The notes beneath the pieces are model-generated. The model worked only from the letters and a program-made list of their open reading frames with translations, did no database searches and had not been told where the DNA came from. This document shows positions 17,940-26,793 of a stretch of 64,000 nucleotides of DNA, piece after piece. The stretch is from Bifidobacterium breve. Its GTDB lineage: Bacteria > Actinomycetota > Acidimicrobiia > Acidimicrobiales > Ilumatobacteraceae. The position numbers and the translations under genes were made by a program. Numbering within the stretch: the stretch's first letter is position 1; each line of letters opens with the position of its first letter. The stretch lies in the NCBI GenBank assembly GCA_945886445.1, contig CAMCZG010000004.1, positions 72-64,071 of the forward strand. Direction: 5' to 3'.

Positions 17940-18218
17940 ATGGCTTTTTCTCCACCAACATCTGCATCACACGACCCAGTGCGTGTTCGTCGCCAGCAAT
18001 TTGCCAAATACACGCTGCTCGCAAACCGCATCGGCTATTTGTTGTACGCCCTATCGATGACCGCGTTCGTACTGGCATTTGCCCTCAAATTCACTCCAAC
18101 CATGGTCACCATCATTACAATTTGTCTTGTGCTCGGATCCATCTTGTTGGCACCCTCCATAGTTCTCGGTCATGCCATTAAGGCAGCCGAGCGAGAAGAT
18201 CGCGAGAATGGCATATGA
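17940..18218 (+). CDS. Small membrane protein (2 predicted TM)
   Basis: 92 aa with two hydrophobic helices. An ATGA overlap links it to the downstream TetR gene. Confidence 0.5.
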   Translation: MAFSPPTSASHDPVRVRRQQFAKYTLLANRIGYLLYALSMTAFVLAFALKFTPTMVTIITICLVLGSILLAPSIVLGHAIKAAEREDRENGI

Positions 18219-18817
18219 GCATGACCACACCAGCACGCTTAACCGCTGCAGAGCGACGCGAGCAACTTCTCCAAGTAGCCCTCACTGTTTTTGCACAGCG
18301 CGGTTATCACACCACATCAATGAACGACATTGCCGATGCTGCTGGCGTCACAAAGCCGGTTTTGTACCAGCACTTCGACTCCAAGCGTGCGCTATATATT
18401 GCTGTGCTCGATGCTGTTGGCAAAAACATGATCCATGCCGTTACTGCAGCCACAAAAAGCGTGCCCACTGGCAAAGCACAAACCGCTGCCGGAATGGTTG
18501 CCTATTTTGAGTGGCTCTCGAGTGACCCAAATGCATTCTCATTGCTCTTTGGTGGGGGCACCCGCCGCGACGAAGAATTCGCATTAGTTGCCCGTAACGT
18601 AGAAAAATCGGTTGCCGAACTCATCGCACCTCTCATTGAAGCTGGCGTCGATGCCGCCTACCAGCGCATGGTTGCACACGCACTGATTGGCATGAGCGAA
18701 GGTGTTGCACGTCACCTCATTCAACGCCGCGAACCTTTCGATGCTCATATTGTTGGCGAGCAACTTGCCTCACTGGCATGGGCTGGGCTGAGGGCAGTTG
18801 GGCGCAAGCCCGAGTAG
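18215..18817 (+). CDS. TetR family transcriptional regulator
   Basis: Contains the N-terminal HTH ERREQLLQVALTVFAQRGYHTTSMNDIADAAGVTKPVLYQHF. Confidence 0.9.
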   Translation: MSMTTPARLTAAERREQLLQVALTVFAQRGYHTTSMNDIADAAGVTKPVLYQHFDSKRALYIAVLDAVGKNMIHAVTAATKSVPTGKAQTAAGMVAYFEWLSSDPNAFSLLFGGGTRRDEEFALVARNVEKSVAELIAPLIEAGVDAAYQRMVAHALIGMSEGVARHLIQRREPFDAHIVGEQLASLAWAGLRAVGRKPE

Positions 18818-18826
18818 GCTCGTGTT

Positions 18827-19492
18827 ATGGCCTCACCAGGCGAACACCATCCGGCATTCGAAGAATACTGCGAATGCATCTACGAACTTCTTGAAGAAAA
18901 CGTAGAAGTCATTCAAGCGCGCATCGTTGAGCGCCTTCAAGTTTCTCGACCTTCTGTATCAGAAATGATGAAGCGCATGGAGGCCGAAGGTCTTGTTGCG
19001 CTTTCTGGCTCAAGCATTGCACTCACCGAAACTGGCGAGAAACTTGCGCTGCGTACTGTTCGACGCCACCGCATTGCCGAAAGATTTCTCACCGATATTT
19101 TAGGTCTGTCATGGGCTCACGCTCATCATGAAGCAGGGCGCTGGGAACACGTCATGTCGGCCGAAGTCGAGACGGCAATGGACCGAGTATTGGGCAACCC
19201 CACAACATGCCCACATGGAAACCCCATCCCAGGTTCTCAATACTTAGCCACACTAGTAATGCGCTTAGTAGATGTTGCTCCTGGTCGCGGCTTTACCGTC
19301 GACCGCATTCCTGAAGAACTCGAGTTCACTCCTGGTCTTTTAGAATTTTTAGAAACCGCTGAAATTCATCCGGGCAAGTCTGGAATGGTGTCTGCCACAT
19401 CACCCGACGGCAGCGTCACTGTAGAAATCGATGGCCAACGTATTGGTGTTGGCCCTTTTGCCAGCGCCCGAATTTTGGTAACAGCACAGTGA
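18827..19492 (+). CDS. DtxR/IdeR-family metal-dependent repressor with a C-terminal SH3-like (FeoA) domain
   Basis: Contains the wHTH ARIVERLQVSRPSVSEMMKRMEAEGLV, metal-site His/Glu residues (HHEAGRWEH) and a roughly 70-aa C-terminal domain. Confidence 0.88.
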   Translation: MASPGEHHPAFEEYCECIYELLEENVEVIQARIVERLQVSRPSVSEMMKRMEAEGLVALSGSSIALTETGEKLALRTVRRHRIAERFLTDILGLSWAHAHHEAGRWEHVMSAEVETAMDRVLGNPTTCPHGNPIPGSQYLATLVMRLVDVAPGRGFTVDRIPEELEFTPGLLEFLETAEIHPGKSGMVSATSPDGSVTVEIDGQRIGVGPFASARILVTAQ

Positions 19493-19902
19493 AGAAATCT
19501 GGTTTTCTTGGCCTCTGTGCTGTAGTCGCGTTGAGTAGTTGTGCCACTAAATACAACGCCGGCGCAAACGCGCCTGCAACAACCTCTCCTAGCGCATCCA
19601 CTACTACAACCATTCCTCGCGGAAGTACTGATGAGCTATTTGCACAATTGCTGCAGACCGGCAAAGACGTTGGTAACGACGTCGCACAAGGCGACATGCA
19701 AACCGCGCGTACAAAACTTGCCGACATCAAAGCCATTTGGATTGGCATTCAGCCACAAATCACCAATGCGTCTGAGGAACTCCTCAACGACACACAACGC
19801 ATGATCAATTTGTTTACAACTGCTGTAGACCGTAAACGGCCGGCCGACGCCGACAAGGCAATGCGGTTTCTTCCCAGTCTTGTTTCAGCAATAGTGAATT
19901 AG
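19489..19902 (+). CDS. Lipoprotein of unknown function (helical)
   Basis: Has the lipobox VALSSC and a Ser/Thr-rich tether. The GTG start overlaps the repressor stop (GTGA). Confidence 0.6.
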   Translation: MKKSGFLGLCAVVALSSCATKYNAGANAPATTSPSASTTTTIPRGSTDELFAQLLQTGKDVGNDVAQGDMQTARTKLADIKAIWIGIQPQITNASEELLNDTQRMINLFTTAVDRKRPADADKAMRFLPSLVSAIVN

Positions 19903-22031
19903 TACACCATGCACGGCGGCAGCGGCCGACGATGCACAACGGTCAGACGCTGAGTTGGCCGCGTGAGTGCAACATACAAAGCACGCAGACCCATCGTTTC
20001 AATTTCCACAATGTCTTGGGGCTCCACTACAACTACGCCATCGAGCTCTAAGCCCTTGACCAAACTCACTGGCACCACAGTAAGGCCTGTATCGAGCGCG
20101 GTATTTGCCGCTTTACCGTGGCTCAGACCGGCAGCGCTGAGCGCATCGGAAACTGCTGACACCATGTTGTCGGGGCAAACAACAGCAACATTGCCTGCAG
20201 GAAGTTCTTCAATTAGGGCTTTTGTTTCTTGGGTCACAGCATCGAGCAAGGTGCCGCCACTTTGCGCAGCATTTACAATGCGTGGGCCGGCATCACCTTC
20301 ACGCACCGATTGCGGAGAACGCAGGCCAGGCGCTGCAGCATGCATTACCTTGTCGGCAAGTTCCATAATTTGTGCAGGGATGCGATAACCCACAGAAAGC
20401 CCCACGACCCGTTGCTCTTTACGATCGGGTAAGTGCCGTAAAACATCGGCCCATGATTCTGGCGCGAGCGCACCCGTTGCTTGGGCCATATCGCCCACAA
20501 TGGTCATGGAACCATTGAGTGAACGCCGCGACACCATCTGCAACTGCATTGGGGTGAGATCTTGCACTTCGTCAATGACAATGTGGCCGTAGGTACGAAT
20601 TTCATCTGACTCGTCAATTTTTCCATTCTTGCCTGGCAACGGACCAAGAACTTCAAAGGCATCGTCGAGAACAGCTACATCGTGTTCGCTGAATCGTGCT
20701 GACTCAATATCTTGCGTGCGCTCGCGATACAGCGACGTGTACTCTGCTTCACTCAAAATATTTTCTGCGGCTAAACGCAACAATGCTTTCGAGCCATAGA
20801 GGTCGTTTAGCAATTGCGCAGGAGTAAGCAACGGCCACATCCGTTCCATTGCAATACGGAATTCAGGCAATGGTCGCAAAGAATCTTTCAACTCTGAAAG
20901 AGGAACACCTGGGTCGCGCCATGATGCTCCTAGGGCCTGCAACACTTCTGTTTCCACCCATTTACGTGCAGCGTTGTGGCGGCGAAAGCGACGCCTTCCT
21001 TGGCGCACAATGTTTGCAGCATCTTGTGCACTTAAGCGAACGTATCCGGATCTAAAGGGCAGTTGTAAATTGTCGCGCAACGGACGCTCACGGTCGCTCA
21101 CAGCCTTGGTGATGACCTTCGACATGCGCATGTCGCCTTTTACGCGTGCGGCAAGTACCACATCGCGTGCACCATAGGTAACGCTGGGCACTAAATCGCT
21201 GAGCACTACTTGCTGTACGCCCGCTTCACCCAAGCTGGGCAGCACGCGTTCGATGTAGCGCAAGAACACGCGGTTAGGCCCAATGACCAATACGCCTTGA
21301 GCTTCTAACGGAAAGCGAAACGTATAGAGCAAATATGCAGCGCGATGCAAAGCAACAACAGTTTTTCCTGTTCCTGGTCCGCCTTGGACCACCAGCACAC
21401 CTGCTTGCGGTGAGCGAATAATTTCATCTTGCTCACTTTGAATGGTGGCCACAATGTCGCCGAGTTGACCCGTACGACCACGTTGTAACGCAGCCAACAA
21501 AGTGCTGTAGCCACGCAGATTTTGTTGCGCGCCGCTCTCTTTCGTTGTGGCGGGACCGTCGCTACCAATTCCAACATGACCTTGTCCGAAAAGTTCATAT
21601 TCAATTCCCAGCAGTTAGTGCCCTTGTACCGAGAAGTGCCGACGTCGTGCGAGCCCCATCGTTTCGCGACCTGTTGCACGGTAAAAAGGTTCAGCAACGG
21701 GTGCGCGCCAGTCGACAACAACAGGTTCGCGATTTTGGTCTGACACTGCCAAGCGCCCAATGTGAAAGCTCTCGAGCGCATCGGGGCTTTCTGCAAAACG
21801 GTCGATGCGCCCGAAGACCAGCGCAGCATCACCAAGGTCGAGTGCCGTTAATCGATTCACCAGAGCCTCATCGAAAACATCGCGCTCGTAGCGGGCCTGG
21901 AAGGTTCCTCCACGGCCTGCCTCGCTCAAATCGCGCAGTTTCCAGGCATCGGTCTTACTCAGTTCCAAGCATTCATAGGCATGATCAATAAATGCCTGTT
22001 CTGTTGCAATATCGGGGTGCTGTGCGCTCAT
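19899..22031 (-). pseudogene. helD: HelD-type (UvrD-like) RNA-polymerase-associated helicase interrupted by one in-frame TAA (21615-21617)
   Basis: ORFs 21615..22031 (HelD N-terminal domain) and 19899..21500 (GGPGTGKT Walker A, UvrD-like 1A/2A) are in the same frame. Hand translation across the gap reads ...FSVQGH*LLGIEYELFGQGHVGIGSDGPATTKESGAQQNLRGYSTLLAALQRG... with no other stop. Confidence 0.75.
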
Positions 22032-22189
22032 AAAAGACCTGATTTTGGGGTGCTAAGAGCCTACCTGCCTGACTTCACACAATGACAGTGACCATGAGAT
22101 CACAGTTCAGCACCCTATTTAGGCAAAAAACCTCTTTCTTTTCTGCAATACGATGGGTTCACCTTTGTAGGGGAAGGACACTTTCCTCT

Positions 22190-23017
22190 ATGCGCACGCC
22201 TCTCCTTCTTCTTTCCACATGTGTCTTTGCTCTCGGCATTGGCGCACCCACACGCGTGTATGGCGCACCCGCCGATATCGACGTCACAGGCGATGTTGTG
22301 GGCAACACCATCGTTGCTGGGGTCACGTTCAACTCCGACAGCACCTCCACCGAATCGCGTTGCACGTGGAATACCACCGTCATTTCTGACAATAAGTACG
22401 AACCATCTTCATTCATTGTTCGCAACGGCATTACCTACCGTTGGTATGTGCGTACCTGTGCACCTGCTTTTACTGGCCAACCTTACGCACTCAGTTTTCA
22501 CTGGATCCCTGTCATCGCCGAGTCAACTCTGGCAGAACAAGCCGCTGCACATTCGTGGAACACCTTGCCTGTTCCCTTCGTGAACACCGCACCACCTGCA
22601 CAACGAGCTCTTGTCAAATTACCTATGTGGTGGTGGGTAACAAGTAGTTCTTGGCGCACCGTTTCTACCACTGCATGGATACCCACACCTCGCGGAATAG
22701 TGACTGTTACTGTTACCGCTAAACCCAACACACTCTTGGTGAACCCAGGTGATGCAGAAGCAGCGAACAACGGAAAATTCACGTGTTCGGGTCCGGGTAA
22801 AGCGTGGCGCGATAGCGACGGTGACGATGCAAAAAGTAATTGCATGTACACCTATGCACACAGCTCCTCACGCAAAACGTGGAATGCCAGTGTTGCCATT
22901 CGTTGGTCAGTTTCGTGGAAATCAAACCTTGGGAAAAAAGGAACGCTCCCATCAGTTACTACCACCCGTCGTATTCCTGTAGTGGTAGGAGAAATTCAAG
23001 CTCTCGTGAGTGAATAA
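22190..23017 (+). CDS. Secreted protein of unknown function (Trp- and Cys-containing)
   Basis: ATG 22190 is preceded by GGGAAGGA. The signal peptide is MRTPLLLLSTCVFALGIGAPTRVYGAP. The mature part has 4 Cys and a KLPMWWWV motif. Confidence 0.6.
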   Translation: MRTPLLLLSTCVFALGIGAPTRVYGAPADIDVTGDVVGNTIVAGVTFNSDSTSTESRCTWNTTVISDNKYEPSSFIVRNGITYRWYVRTCAPAFTGQPYALSFHWIPVIAESTLAEQAAAHSWNTLPVPFVNTAPPAQRALVKLPMWWWVTSSSWRTVSTTAWIPTPRGIVTVTVTAKPNTLLVNPGDAEAANNGKFTCSGPGKAWRDSDGDDAKSNCMYTYAHSSSRKTWNASVAIRWSVSWKSNLGKKGTLPSVTTTRRIPVVVGEIQALVSE

Positions 23018-23374
23018 CTACTCAAGCGCTACGGGCCGCACAGGTCGGTGCCACACCGCTGAGTATGCAACAACACAAACGCTTGCTCCGTCGTCACGAG
23101 GCTGCACTGTGGCGTTTCCATCGGCAATGACCGTGTAGTCGTCGAACTCCTCTGCCCCGCCGATGTGCGGCGGCCAGAGCAAAGTTGCTTTCCCATTCAC
23201 TGCCACGTTGTCGGCACTGCGCTGACCCACCGCCGCCACCAAGGCATTCCCCTCGGGAACAAAGACCACAGCCCGAAGGTGTGGTTCGCCATTTGGGCTC
23301 ACGGTAATGAGGTACCCAAAGGGCCTGCGGGCCACTGCATTTGCCAAGTTGGCTGGATCTATCGTCACACTCAC
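23018..23374 (-). CDS. PNPOx-like split-barrel flavin-binding protein (small)
   Basis: 118 aa; RRPFGYLITVSPNGEPHLRAVVF...ATLLWPP resembles the pyridoxamine-5'-phosphate-oxidase-like fold. GTG start. Confidence 0.55.
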   Translation of the reverse strand: MSVTIDPANLANAVARRPFGYLITVSPNGEPHLRAVVFVPEGNALVAAVGQRSADNVAVNGKATLLWPPHIGGAEEFDDYTVIADGNATVQPRDDGASVCVVAYSAVWHRPVRPVALE

Positions 23375-23397
23375 GCTCTACAACCTATAGTGGCGCC

Positions 23398-23985
23398 GTG
23401 ACTTCCTCCCGCGACCTCATCATTTTGGAACGCCGTTTTGTGAATGCCCTCGCCGCTACCAGCGATGAAGCCATTACCTCAGCCGCCCTAGCCCTCGAAG
23501 AAGACCTGCAAACAGTGCTGGCCCAAAGCGCAGGCCTGAGCGATGGCGCCTTCGAGAACCCCGACACCTTGGCAAGTGCCATTCGCGAAGGCACAACACG
23601 TCGTAAATGTGCTGGCGATGTGTGCGTTGTTTTGTGCGAACCCTGCACCCAGCACTGTATTGAAGTTCTTGCCGGGGCAGCAGACGACCCATCACTCGAC
23701 GACCTCAATGCCGTTTTGCCTGAAGCCATTGAAAAGTTTGGCGAGGAAATGGTGAAGCTCATGGTGGTGCAGTACTCACTCAGTTTGGCCGGTTTCAAGA
23801 AACTCATTCAGTCCGATGAAAAATGGGCACTTCCTGTTTCACCGTCGGCAGTTACCATGGTACGCGTTGCCGATGAAGCCGAACAGGCTGCAAAGCGTGC
23901 GCTGCGTAACGAGCGTAAAGAAAAAGAAAAAGCACAGAAAAAAGTAGCAGCAGAACAACGCGCTGCAGCAAAAAACCGCCGCTAA
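23398..23985 (+). CDS. Hypothetical protein with a Cys cluster and a Lys/Arg-rich tail
   Basis: Contains KCAGDVCVVLCEPCTQHC (5 Cys in 18 residues) and the C-terminal tail KRALRNERKEKEKAQKKVAAEQRAAAKNRR. The start is uncertain (GTG 23398 or TTG 23341). Confidence 0.5.
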   Translation: MTSSRDLIILERRFVNALAATSDEAITSAALALEEDLQTVLAQSAGLSDGAFENPDTLASAIREGTTRRKCAGDVCVVLCEPCTQHCIEVLAGAADDPSLDDLNAVLPEAIEKFGEEMVKLMVVQYSLSLAGFKKLIQSDEKWALPVSPSAVTMVRVADEAEQAAKRALRNERKEKEKAQKKVAAEQRAAAKNRR

Positions 23986-23989
23986 TTTT

Positions 23990-24826
23990 TTAGCGAGGCG
24001 TCACAATGCGTAAGCATTGGATTCCCTCGAATACTCCAGGCACAACAACCACTGTGTATTGCGGGTAGGCATTTGCGCATTGCCCAAATGGCATTTTGAT
24101 GCGTGCACCGTCGAGGGTTCCTGACGTTCTTGCAATGGGCCAATCGCCTTTGATGTCATCAACTTTAAGTTGCGGCGAAATTTGGCTTGGTTTCACAACG
24201 CCGCTGTACGTGCCGGTTTCATCGAGTTGTGATGTGCGTAATTTGAGATTGTCAACCGACACTTGAAGCGCATCGACAACGGCCTTTGCTGCATCAACAT
24301 CGGCGCGCAAAGTTGATGTTGCTTTTTCATTGGCATCAACATCGGCGCGCAAAGTTGATGTTGCTTTTTCATTGACTGCAACGCGGTCGGCAAGATTGCC
24401 GAGTGAAGTTTTTGCTGTGGCAAGGTCGGCATCAAGTGTTTTTACCAACCCCGTCACTTCACTCAGAGTTGCCGCTGTTGCATCATCATTTTCTGCAAGT
24501 GTGACAACAAGATCTTCTAGTGCAGAAATACGTGTATCAATTTCTGGATCAATTGGCGACACTTCTCCATCGGGCGAATCGCCGTTGGTTGGTTCATCAG
24601 CAACAGAATCGGAAGTTTCATCGGTTGACGGACCATCGGTTGACGGAGAACTCGTTGTACTTCCCGGAGACGTTTCAGGCGGTGAAGTGACCCCTATTGC
24701 ATCGGTGAGTGCACTAAAGGCGTTGACCTGCCCTAAGACAGAAACAGTGGCAAGCAAAACTCCGACGAGCGCAAAGCCCGACAAAATGACGCGAGAAGTG
24801 GGCCGGTTCATGTGGCGAGGGTTCAT
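23990..24826 (-). CDS. Membrane-anchored coiled-coil protein with an internal perfect 14-aa duplication
   Basis: Has an N-terminal TM (VILSGFALVGVLLATVSVL), a Ser/Thr/Pro/Asp-rich spacer, heptad-like helices, and a C-terminal globular part with 2 Cys. Confidence 0.6.
   Translation of the reverse strand: MNPRHMNRPTSRVILSGFALVGVLLATVSVLGQVNAFSALTDAIGVTSPPETSPGSTTSSPSTDGPSTDETSDSVADEPTNGDSPDGEVSPIDPEIDTRISALEDLVVTLAENDDATAATLSEVTGLVKTLDADLATAKTSLGNLADRVAVNEKATSTLRADVDANEKATSTLRADVDAAKAVVDALQVSVDNLKLRTSQLDETGTYSGVVKPSQISPQLKVDDIKGDWPIARTSGTLDGARIKMPFGQCANAYPQYTVVVVPGVFEGIQCLRIVTPR
24291..24374. repeat. Perfect 2 x 42-bp tandem duplication inside the coiled-coil gene
   Basis: Positions 24291-24332 and 24333-24374 are identical (gcatcaacatcggcgcgcaaagttgatgttgctttttcattg). 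The unit encodes NEKATSTLRADVDA twice. Confidence 0.97.
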
Positions 24827-24870
24827 ACCCGTACCGTACGCCTTCGGTGTGCAGAACTCTTCTACGCCCC

Positions 24871-25284
24871 TTAATGCCGGCCAAGCACCCGCTCTGGAGT
24901 AAGCACAATGCCAATGCGCACTGTATTTGCTGGGTCAAATGCCTTGCCGTCGGTATGCCCGTGTTTGCGCACCACCTCATCGCGCAGTTCCATGTTGGGG
25001 TCGTCTACCACGTGCAGGGTCCCCCGCAATTCCACATAATGGGAGGAATTTGTTGGGTCAATGACCGATAACGAGCCCTTGCCTGAACGCACTGCATCGA
25101 CATGTTTTTGCCGCTCTGCATGTGTACTCACCCATATTTTCCCGTCACGCCATACAAACCACACCGGGGTGGAATGTGCATATCCATCGGAGCCCGCAAT
25201 AGAAAGCGTGCCCGTAACGGGTTCGGCCAAGATGCGCGCCGCGTTGTCGTTCATTGCAATCATTGAAAACCCCCTCCTTTGCAC
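24871..25284 (-). CDS. PPOX-class (PNPOx-like, possibly F420-dependent) oxidoreductase
   Basis: Contains TGTLSIAGSDGYAHSTPVWFVWRDGKIWVSTHAERQKHVDAV...YVELRGTLHVVDD, typical of the PPOX split-barrel class. The cofactor cannot be told from the sequence. Confidence 0.75.
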   Translation of the reverse strand: MQRRGFSMIAMNDNAARILAEPVTGTLSIAGSDGYAHSTPVWFVWRDGKIWVSTHAERQKHVDAVRSGKGSLSVIDPTNSSHYVELRGTLHVVDDPNMELRDEVVRKHGHTDGKAFDPANTVRIGIVLTPERVLGRH

Positions 25285-25331
25285 TGTAGCCGTGTCTCAG
25301 ACTCCACTTTAAATATCGGTACGCTCTACAT

Positions 25332-26756
25332 ATGGCTCGCATCCTCATTACAAACGGCACCATTGTGAGCCCAAGTGGCCGCTATGCAAGCGATGTGTTC
25401 ATTGATGGTGAAACCATTCAAGCCATTTTTCAACCAGGCCAAGCAGCAGCACTCGGCATCGTTGCCGACAAGGTCATCGATGCAACAGGTAAGTACGTCA
25501 TTCCTGGTGGCGTCGATGTGCACACGCATATGGAACTTCCCATGGGCCCCATTGAAGCAACCGACACTTTTGAAACGGGTTCCAATGCAGCTGCGTGGGG
25601 TGGCATCACCACCATCGTCGATATGGCGTTGCAGCGCAAAGGCGAAAACATTCAAGATGGCCTTGCCGCGTGGCACCAGAAAGCTGCTGGCAACTGCTCT
25701 ATCGATTACGCCTTTCATCAAATTATGGGCGACATTCACGAACAAAGTTTGAAAGACATGACCTACCTCGTTGAACACGAGGGAGTTACTTCATTCAAAT
25801 TATTCATGGCGTACCCCGACACCTACTACAGCGACGATGGCCAAATACTTCGCGCCATGCAAGAAGCAAGCAACAACGGCGCTGTCATCATGATGCATGC
25901 AGAAAATGGCATGGCAATCGACGTACTCGTTCAACAACATCTGGCACGAGGCGAAACCGACCCCGTGTTTCACTCCATTAGCCGACCCAGTTTGCTCGAA
26001 GGCGAAGCAACGCACCGCGCCATTGTGCTCAGCCAAGTAGCGGGCAATGTTCCGCTCTACATCGTGCACATGTCTGCATCGGAAGCATTAAATGAAGTTG
26101 CCCGCGCCCAGCATGAAGGCCTCAACGTCTTTGCGGAAACCTGCCCGCAGTATTTGTATCTCACGTTGGAAGAGCACCTTTCACAGCCAAACTTCGAAGG
26201 TGCCAAGTTTGTGTGTAGCCCTCCTATTCGCTCACGTCACGACCATCATCAGCACCAAAGTGATTTGTGGAAGGGTCTGCGTATGAACGAACTCGCCGTG
26301 GTGAGTACAGACCATTGCCCGTTCTGTTTTAAAGACCAAAAAACACTTGGCCGCAACGATTTCTCCAAAATTCCCAATGGCCTACCGGGTGTTGAGCACC
26401 GCATGGAACTCATTTACCAGGGCGTAGTTCTTGGCGAACTGTCACTTGAGCGTTGGGTGGAAACATGTTGCACCACACCTGCGCGCATGTTTGGCATGTA
26501 CCCCAAAAAAGGAATTATTGCCCCCGGGGCCGACGCCGACATTGTGGTGTGGGACCCACATCAAAAAACCACCATTGGCATCAACGGTAAACACCACATG
26601 AATACCGACTACAGCGCATTTGAGGGAACAGTCATCGACGGCAAGGTCGACACGGTGCTTTCTCGCGGCATGGTCGTTGTGGAAAATGACACCTTCAGCG
26701 GTCGCAAAGGTCACGGAAAATACGTGAAGCGCGACCTCTGCCAATACCTACACTGA
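25332..26756 (+). CDS. Dihydropyrimidinase / D-hydantoinase
   Basis: Cyclic amidohydrolase with GGVDVHTHMELP (HxH), a carboxylated-Lys region SFKLFMAY, and HAENG. 474 aa. Confidence 0.9.
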   Translation: MARILITNGTIVSPSGRYASDVFIDGETIQAIFQPGQAAALGIVADKVIDATGKYVIPGGVDVHTHMELPMGPIEATDTFETGSNAAAWGGITTIVDMALQRKGENIQDGLAAWHQKAAGNCSIDYAFHQIMGDIHEQSLKDMTYLVEHEGVTSFKLFMAYPDTYYSDDGQILRAMQEASNNGAVIMMHAENGMAIDVLVQQHLARGETDPVFHSISRPSLLEGEATHRAIVLSQVAGNVPLYIVHMSASEALNEVARAQHEGLNVFAETCPQYLYLTLEEHLSQPNFEGAKFVCSPPIRSRHDHHQHQSDLWKGLRMNELAVVSTDHCPFCFKDQKTLGRNDFSKIPNGLPGVEHRMELIYQGVVLGELSLERWVETCCTTPARMFGMYPKKGIIAPGADADIVVWDPHQKTTIGINGKHHMNTDYSAFEGTVIDGKVDTVLSRGMVVVENDTFSGRKGHGKYVKRDLCQYLH

Positions 26757-26793
26757 TCTTTTCTTTCTCCATCTCACACAGACTGAAGGCATT

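Noticed and set aside
21305-21835. A 176-aa minus-strand ORF spanning the helD interruption in another frame, considered as evidence for a frameshift rather than a nonsense codon.
   Set aside because: Its translation has no HelD-like or other recognisable sequence. The two HelD-like ORFs are in the same frame and read through sensibly apart from one TAA.
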